From Haliotis cracherodii (lineage: Eukaryota), in the NCBI RefSeq assembly GCF_022045235.1, contig NW_027266269.1:31558001-31622000 (forward strand): a stretch of 64,000 bases of DNA, written 5' to 3'. Of this stretch, positions 11,556 through 21,100 are shown piece after piece (position 1 is the stretch's first letter; the number at the start of each line of letters is the position of its first letter). Made by a program: the position numbers and the translations under genes. The notes beneath the pieces were generated by a model, which did not search any database, was not told the DNA's origin, and saw nothing but the letters and a program-made list of their open reading frames with translations.

Positions 11556-14500
11556 AGTTGAAATGAACCGATGTTTATTCGAATGAATTGGGTAAGGGAA
11601 GTAACTCGTTTCGTTGGCGTGGTCTGTTTCGAGTTTTGCTGAGTTACGCATATCCTCCGGACCTGTGTGAATGAATGACGGTAAGATACCCTGTAGGTGA
11701 GTCTGTGTACCCGTCGCCCTGCATGGCATATGATGGCATATACCCTATAGATTGGTTGACAACAAGTATCTTATATTTTCAGTTCAGGCTGTCGGAAGGC
11801 CCGCGACACCCGTTTTGCAAACAGGTAAGTTTTAAACATGGGCATGAGTAAGTGAGTAAGTTGGGTGTGACGCCGATATGAGCAGTGTTTTACTTATATC
11901 AAGGCGTTATATCAATCTTGTGTGGGAGCCACGATAAGCTAACATCGTAAGCAGGGATTCGAACCCACGATCATAGCCTCCTGGCACCCCCGAGAGACGA
12001 GTGGGCCATCCCAGCCCCAGTGTTGTGTATCAGGAAATCCCAACGAGGCTCTGATTGTAGGGTTCAGTACTTTGATGAAACCATCGGGTGCAGGTATGGT
12101 TGACATGGATCCTGACAGAGGCGAGTATGGGATTCGACCCACGATCATAGGACCCTGGAATGGTTGAAGACCAATGCATTTAAAAACAGGGATCTGGGAT
12201 TTAAAAATGGATGATCTGTGTCATTTCAGGCCAAAGGATTTGGTCTCTACTGAGCCACTGGTCTGTTTCGATGATTGTTGATTGGTTGATATGAGATTTA
12301 TGATGACGAACTGCTATCGTCAACCATGCGTTATCACGGCGACTTGTAAACAATGGAGCAGTGTAAACCAGTGAGTGATAGCATGAGCATCCACCAACGC
12401 TGTTGAAACAATATCAACCCAACAACCAGATCCCTTCATTCGGCCAATCACTGGAATGTCTGGTCCAGATTTTACTTTGTAACTTTCATTCAATCTATTT
12501 CTTTTTTAGCAATTGTGCCGGATCAAAGACAACAGCTTCAGAATGGTAAGGGGGGCATACGTCATTGTTTATTGCATNNNNNNNNNNNNNNNNNNNNNNN
12601 NNNNNNNNNNNNNNNNNNNNNNNNNNNNNNNNNNNNNNNNNNNNNNNNNNNNNNNNNNNNNNNNNNNNNNNNNNNNNNNNNNNNNNNNNNNNNNNNNNNN
12701 NNNNNNNNNNNNNNNNNNNNNNNNNNNNNNNNNNNNNNNNNNNNNNNNNNNNNNNNNNNNNNNNNNNNNNNNNNNNNNNNNNNNNNNNNNNNNNNNNNNN
12801 NNNNNNNNNNNNNNNNNGTGCGTGTGTGTGGCTGCTTGTACTATTCCGGACTAAAACCGCTTATGTACTGATGTCCCACTGAGATACCATGCCGCAGGTT
12901 AGCATGAATACCCCACTCAGACACAATACACAGGAACCCAGCCGACAAGTCATTGTTTTATCCCACTCTCTCCATGAGACCATGGAGGCGTTGAGAGCAG
13001 CTGATACATTCAGTGTAAACCTATATTAATGTTGCTACTTTTAACCAGCTAATGAAGGACGTCATTTGCCATTCCAGAGTGCCCACCGGAAGTGATGCGT
13101 GTACAGTGTCGCGACGACCCGTGCATGCGTTCAACGTGTAGGGGGATGCCAGACGCCGTATGCAGGTATGTCTGTGGTTTTGGTGATGATGATGATGATG
13201 ATGATGATGATAGTGAGCACGAATGACTAAGTGATTTAAGGTGCCATTTAACCCTGCCAGAAACCAATAGTCGGGGGTTCGAATCCTAGACTCTTCATCC
13301 GTCAGCACCAAACTCGCCCGAGTTTTAGATCCCAGTTTTGTGAACACCCAAGCCATGCTATCAGATATCACAAAAGTGGCAATGGTCTGAGGCCTACATC
13401 ACTTTTGGCTTTCCTCTCATATCAAGGGGCGGTCGGGTAGCCTAGTGGTTAAAGCGTTCGCTCGTCACGCCGAAGACCCGGGTTCATTACCGACATGGGT
13501 ATAATGTGTGAAGCCCATTTCTGGTGTCCCCCGCCGTGATATTGCTGGGATATTGCTAAAAGCGGCGTAAAACTGTACTCACTCACTCACTCTCACATCA
13601 AGCCAATGTGACTGAAATACTGTTCAAAGCGGCGTTAAACCAAACAAGCTCTCATTAATTACGTATTTGCCAAAATCTCTACTCTACAGGCCTAACTACT
13701 GTGGCGGTTGTATGGCGGAGTACTTCAGGGACGGGATGAGGGTGCAGTGTGGGCGGACTAGTTACCCCGAACTCATTGTCCCATCGTCCGTCATGGTGAA
13801 GGACAGGAGCGCTTACACCAACAGCAAGGGCCGACAACGTGAGTTTATACGGTACTCTGAGGCGATCCTAGATGGAATGAATCTCAAGTTATTCTGTTGT
13901 TTTTCCTTTTAATTTGTTAAGGTCAGTCAGTGATCAATTTAAGCATGAAATGATTAAAACATCCCCATATCCTATATGATTTCGTTTGACTTCGTATGCC
14001 TGTTCTCACTTACGCTCAGAAATCTATGTTTGTCGTAAGAGGCGACTAACGGAATCGGGGGGTCAGGCTCGCTGGCTTGGCTGATGCATGTCATCGTATC
14101 CCAATTGCGTGGACGATGCTCATGGTGTCAATCACTGGATTGTCTGTTCCAGACTCGATTATTTACAGATCGCCGTCATATAGCTGAAATATTGCTGAGT
14201 ACGGCGTTAAACAATAAACAAACAAACAAATCATTATTCTAAATACGGTCACTTTTAATCCTCATGCATGTCATCAAACACGTGTATCCGTTGTCATTGA
14301 CAACCCAGACACGTGTCACTGACAATCCTATCCTTAATCCCTTATAACGGTTTCAGCACCCCCGATCATCCAGACCAATCCTGCCACCCAGGTGCCAAGC
14401 ACTGCCCCGGGGTGGACCGGCCCCCAGGTTCTGCAGCCAACTCCCTCCATCCCTCAACCGCAGTCGCCATGGACAGATGGTTCCCGCAACACACAAATAC

Positions 14501-15124
14501 CTCCTAGGATTGTTGCCACAGGCCACAGTGTGGCTCAAAGTAACCCCCAACCGAACGCCGCTCTAGCACTACAACAGAACGTGATGGGATTAGGAGCTCT
14601 CTTTCCCGACCAGAACGCTGATCCTCAAGGGTCATCAGCCTTACTACCCAACGGTCCACTTCCGACGAATTCCATGACCAGCAGACAGAACAATTTCGGA
14701 CCCCAGGGTCAGACGGGAAACTCCGATCCTACTGCTCCAACGATGACAAGACCAACAACTGCTGGTATTTCATGGCCTGCGAGCCAGAGTCAAGGTCAAG
14801 GTCAAGGTCAGAATAACCTTGCGGCGTGGAGAGCAAGATCTAATGCGACAGGCACCACCTTTGTTCCTCCAAGAAATACCGTTAGTACGGGAGTATCCGT
14901 CCAAGCAACAGGTACCAATAACTCATGCTTGCAACACTATCGTTTTGAATGTTTTTGGAAAATCTTCATATAGAATTCCCGTATGCCTGTTATAAACCAT
15001 CTAGTAATAAAGGTTTTCTTCTAAGTTAATATTGGCAAACTCACGCGATTCGCTTTTCAGAATTACGAATTATTATTATAATAAAATTATCATTATTTAT
15101 TTATTTATATATTATAAAATTATC

Positions 15125-15172
<48 letters not shown>

Positions 15173-18100
15173 TATTGTCAACAACATAGCTCTGCGTAAA
15201 AGGAGTATACGTCTAAGTCTTTGACCACTTCCGGTTTTCCTATCACATGAAGCAGATACGCTGCAATACACATGAAATACTGTCTGTTCAAAGAGGCGTT
15301 AAAGACAGTCTTTGAAAAATGAGCGCATGCACAACTAATTGGAAGCGACCCGTATCCAGTATAAAATCTTTGGTCTGTCAGATTCAGATTCAGTTTCTTC
15401 TCAAAAGAAAACCACCATCGGTGGTACATGTGCATTTACAGCTATATATGAAAAGTCAGAGCTATATGAAGATACAAAGAGATATCAACATGACGAGTGA
15501 CAGGGTCAACGGTTCTTTCTAATTAACTAACATAGACATACAATATATCTGGACAAATTGATTATATCTTTTAGCATTTTAGGTGATACAGTTCTACAGA
15601 GTTTTAAAATATTTGGCCACAAGAAGTATTTTTGGGAATATACAGAATTAGTTGTTGGAGAAGAGCTTCGGATATGAAAAAATAGTGAAACTCATCTCGT
15701 ACTGAAAGTGACTAACAGAGTTGACAAAGTATTTCCTCTCTTTATATGTTCTGCCATCTCGTGGACTTCACGGGGGCACGGGTGGCCCAGTCGTCTAAGG
15801 CGCCGCGATTCGCTGTGCATAGTTGCGGCCCTTGGGCACGCCACAAACCTATGATTGTGGGTTCGAATCCCGGTTCACCCCGATTATGTTTCTATGTTTG
15901 TCAGCACCATATCCGTGCTCGTGGGTTTCACCGAAGTGGTAAACGTCTGAGACCTGCATCACTTCGGACTTTCCTCCCACATGAAGCTGACACGCCGTGA
16001 TATAACTGGAACACTGTTAAAAGCGGCGTTAAACCCAACTCACTCACTCGTGGACTTCACGAAAGTCACCTGAGCTACCGAGGATCTTTCAGCAGCCAAG
16101 CCGTGATGTATCATATTATTCAAAAGTGTATATACCCCAACTCAACGAATTTATGAAACACTGTGTATGTCAACATATTTCGTTAATGTTTCGAAACGCG
16201 ACAGTTCTGATTCACTAACAGGGGCGGTCGGGTAGCCTAGTGGTTAAAGCGTTCGCTTGTCACGCCGAAGACCCAGGTTCGTTTCCCGACATGGGTACAA
16301 TGTGTGAAGCCCATTTCTGGTGTCCCCCGCCGTGATATTGCTGGAATATTGCTAAAAGCGGCGTAAAACCGTACTCACTCACTCAATCACTCACTCACTC
16401 TGATTCACTAACATAATCTCAAAGCCATATCGGAATGTACATGCAATGTCTGAGGTGTGTAAACTTGTGTGGGTTGTTTCAGCACCAGCTTGCCCCGTGG
16501 GTACCGCACCCTCCATGTGTTCGTCCCACCCCTGCGCCAACCAGACATGCAGCATCCCCGGGGCAGTCTGCAGGTATGTTCATATATCAGAGCTATCACC
16601 ACTCACAGGTGTATTCTACCCGTGAAGATTCCGGGGAAGAATAGATCTTCAGCAACCCATGCTTGCCGTAAAAGGCGACTATGCTTGTCGTAAAAGGCGA
16701 CTAACGGGATCGGGGGGTCAGGCTCGCTGACTTGGTTGATGCATGTCATCGATCCTAATTGCGTGGATCGATGCCCATGGTGTCAATCACTGGATTGTCT
16801 GGTCCAGACTCGATTATTTACAGACCGCCGTCATATAGCTGGAATATTGCTGATTGCGGCGTTAAACAACAAACCAACCAACCAACCACAGGTGAATTCT
16901 GCGATTCAAAGATTCGCAATTACAGCAAAATCGCCGAAGTAGCCCTTTTGTATTAGTCAGTCCGGTATTTTTTGTTATTTTCAAGTTTTCTATCAAGTTT
17001 TTTCTCTCAAATGATGCCAAACATTTTTCATGCTATTGAACCATTCAAAATATTTATCTTATAATAAACGAAATTTGAACTATAAATTATCTTTTTTTAA
17101 ATGTTCCTATGGTATTACGACGACATAAAACTATGTTTACGCAAAACAATCAACAAATATCAGACACTATGCATACATACTTGCATAATTTTATCTCTTA
17201 AAATGTCTAAATGCAAGAGATTAAAAATTGTAAAGAAAAAAAATATTTTTGTGTTAAAGTTTGTTGGGGATATCGTAATGCTTTAATCGCAGAATTTACC
17301 GCAGAATTATAAAATGCTAGCAGCAGGATGTTGGTTATTGTACCGCGGAAATTTGATAATTTTCCTCAGAACGCGACACGTTTGCCTTGAACAATAAATC
17401 ACCTTCCCTAAAATGGATATTATGTTTTTATAAGTATACATGTATATCACGACATCAATGATTTGACTTTAACCAAATGATTCGTGTCTGTACAATTTCT
17501 TATCGAAATTTGGGCGGAGAGGTAGCATAGTGGTCAAAGCATTTGCTCGTCACGCCGAGGACCCGCACGTCAAGGGTTTTGCACCTAACATAATGTTTTG
17601 TCACTAATGCGTCAGATTTGGAAATGTCCTCCACATGTCTACCATAAGACGTTTTGAAAGATTTAACCAACTTGGAATAACTTTCTTTGTACAGACCGAA
17701 TCCCTGCGGCGCGTGCTTCGCCCGATGGTACCATGACGGCCAGGAGGTGGACTGCACTGGAGGTATGTAGCACTGTCGTACATTGCTTCCACGAACGGGT
17801 GGTCAAGGGTTGTTATTTGTCGTGCATAACACATTTGTCCCTTGACCACTGGCCATGAGTTAAACTACAGAAATAAACCCTGGCCTCACAGCGACCGCTT
17901 CCGTGGTCTGCCTACCCGTGACGATCCAGGGTAGAATAGGTCTTCAGCACCCCATGCTTGCCGTAAAAGGCGACTGTGCTAGTCACAAGAGGTGACTTAC
18001 GGGATCGGGTAGTGAGGCTCGCTGACTTGGTTCATGCATGTCATTGTATCCCAATTGCGTGGATCGATGCTCATGATGTCAATCACTAGATTGTCTGGTC

Positions 18101-21100
18101 CGGACTCGATTATTTCAAGACCGACGTCAAATAGCTGGAAATTGCGTGCGGCGTTAAACAACAAACAAACAAACAAACAAACAAACAAATCACTCTGCCG
18201 GCAGGTATTGTACGGAACTATAAATCACCAAACCAAGTATAATCTTATGGGGATTAAGACTGTATAGTTTGTTCGAGCGTACGAGTCTCGACATAAATCA
18301 CATAGAAATATGTAAATGAATAAGATATAAAATTAAAAATTAAACATAATCAGCACACTTTTATTCGTTTCACAACATGAAATATGCACACACAAAGTTA
18401 TTTATGCCCATTGTACACCACAAGAATTAGGAATAACGGCGACGTGTGCATTTGCTATTTGCAATGACAGGTACTGGTCGAGTGAGTGAGTGAGTTACAA
18501 TTAAAAGTCACATCGGCAGTATTTCTGTCATATCGTGACTATCTAAGAAATACATAAAAGCTCTAAAATCCTGTCGTCGAAGGACAGTACAATAACTCCA
18601 ATATCACAGAGACTCTTTCTGTGGAGGACAGTAACTATATAACTATCGTACTCACTTTATTATATTCACTAAAACACAAAGATTTGTGACATATGACATT
18701 CTCGTGTTTTTGGCATATTTAGCCAAAGGTCGAGATCGCGAGAATGCGAGATCGCGAGAATGCGATATCGCGAGAATGTCCCTTACAGTATTCCATAGAT
18801 TAGTGACATATGATGACTTAATGTAGTTGATAGGTGAACCTAGTTTACTTAGTCAGAATTTACCACCCTGAGTTTATATCACCACTCAAAAGTGAAACAG
18901 ACCTGTGTACCACTGGACCGTTAGTTGTAATTCCCCCTGCCTGACGGCAAAGTGAGAACAACCCGACAGAGCATATACCCTAGGAGAAGAGTTCGGAGTT
19001 CTCGTCACTGAAAGATGGTACTTGTTGTTACCCTGGCTCTCGGGGTTATTTGGATAAAGTTTCTCGTTTTTGTAATTTCTGTTTGATGTAGCCTTTGTAT
19101 TTTCTCATCGTTTGCGGAAATAAGAGATTTTGGTTTTTTTATCCTAGGATGTGTTTTATCCCCTGTTGATCGAATCAAACAAATAACGGAATAATCCACA
19201 TATTGCCGAGCCGTGGTAGACCTTGAGTCAAGGCAGTCGCTAATTTCAGTATACATGTCCTATGACTTCTTCTGTGACGTCATCTCATTGTTTGTAACTG
19301 TCTGTATCAGGTCAACTTCACTGTTAGGGACGCGAAACAAAACTATCAAGTGTTGGTAAGTGTTATTTCAACATTTTTTTCTACTTTCTTATCTTTCCAC
19401 AGAATGTCCGGCGTCTCAGATTACAGTGGCGTGTACCAGGAACCCTTGTGCCGAGTACTCCTGCCCCGCCCACCCAGACGCTGTGTGCAGGTAGATATAG
19501 CCTCACTACCCTCAATATTCCTGCCCCGCCCACTTGGACGTTTTGTGCAGGTAGATAGAGCCTCACTACCCTCAATATTCCTGCCCCGCCCACTTGGACG
19601 CTGTGTGAAGGTAGATATAGCCTCACTACCCTCAATATTCCTGCCCACCCAGACGCTGTGTGTAGGTAGATATAGCCTCACTTCCTTCTATATTCCTGCC
19701 TCGCCCACCCAGACGCTGTGTGCAGGTAGATATAGCCTCATTACCCTCAATATTCCTGCCCACCCAGACGCTGTGTGTAGGTAGATATAGCCTCACTTCC
19801 TTCTATATTCTGCCTCGCCCACCCAGACGCTGCGTGCAGGTAGATATAGCCTCATTACCCTCAATATTCCTGCCCACCCAGACGCTGTGTGCAGTTAGTC
19901 ATAGGTATTTAGGAATATATTACTATTATTATTATCATTATCATCACCATTTTGGTTTCACCAAATCGGTACCCGTCTGAGCCCTGCATCTCTTCGGACC
20001 TTCCTCCCACATTAAGCTCACACACCGTTTTATAACTGCAATGCTGCTCAATGCGGCGCTAAATCCAACTCACTCACTAACTCACTATTATTATCATCTT
20101 TATTATTATTATAATTATTACAGATTTTCGAAGTGCGGGTCATGCAAAGCTCAATGGTTTATTGGTGACAGAGAAGTGGCATGTGACATTCCCTGGTCGA
20201 CATCACGTGAGTGAACTTAACTTATGTCTTACATACCGTAGTGGTAGACTGGTCTCCCCATGGTGATTCCGAGGTGGAAATGCTTTTCTCCCTGTGGAGA
20301 TTTCGGGGTAGAATTGGCCCCTCGTGCCCTATGCTTGACTCACCATGTAGATCTGGCAGGGTGTTTGTTTGTTTGTTGTTTTACGCCGCACTCAGCGGCG
20401 CTCTGTGAATAATCGAGTCTGTACAAGACAATCCAGTGATTGATATCATGAACATCGATCCACGCAATTGGGATTCGATGACATGCATCAATCAAGCCAG
20501 CGAGCCTCACCACCCGATCCCGTTAGTCGCCTTTTACGACAAGCATAGTCGCTTTTTACGGTAAGCATGGGTTGCTAAAGACCTATTCTACCCCGAATCT
20601 TCACGGGTCTGGCAGAGTGTTCAGTTCCACGAGTATACTAAATGAATCCAGTCACGTGGCACATGCATCCGTTGTGTGTCCCCAGTACTCTATGCTTGTC
20701 TTCCTGTTGTGATTCCTTTTTGGGGGTGAAGGCCTGTCACCGTATCCCAATTGCATAGCTGGATGCTTATGATGTCAATCAGTGGATTGTCTGGTCCAGA
20801 CTCGATCATTTACATACCGCCGTCATACAGCTGGAATATTGCGCAGTGCGGCGTTAAAATCTAACTAATTTTCATATTGTGTCTTGTACATGACAATTGT
20901 GTTGATGAAAATTGCAACTTGTAATTGGCAGCGTGTCCCGCGAACGAACAGCCAACGTGCAGGTGTTTCTACAACCGATGCGAGAGTGACAGACATGCTC
21001 TGTGCAGGTCAGTGTTACACGGGTGTAGAGGGAAAGGGAGGGGTGAATGGGTGGGGTGGGGTGGGTGGTTGGGGGGGTGGGGGGTGGGGGAGAGGGGGGA

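Noticed and set aside
12513-12882. ORFs spanning N runs (also at 30790-31078 and 43550-43977)
   Set aside because: Artefacts of assembly gaps.
13425-13500. tRNA genes
   Set aside because: The tRNA-like sequences are SINE heads: no paired acceptor stem, followed by a SINE body, tail and TSDs.
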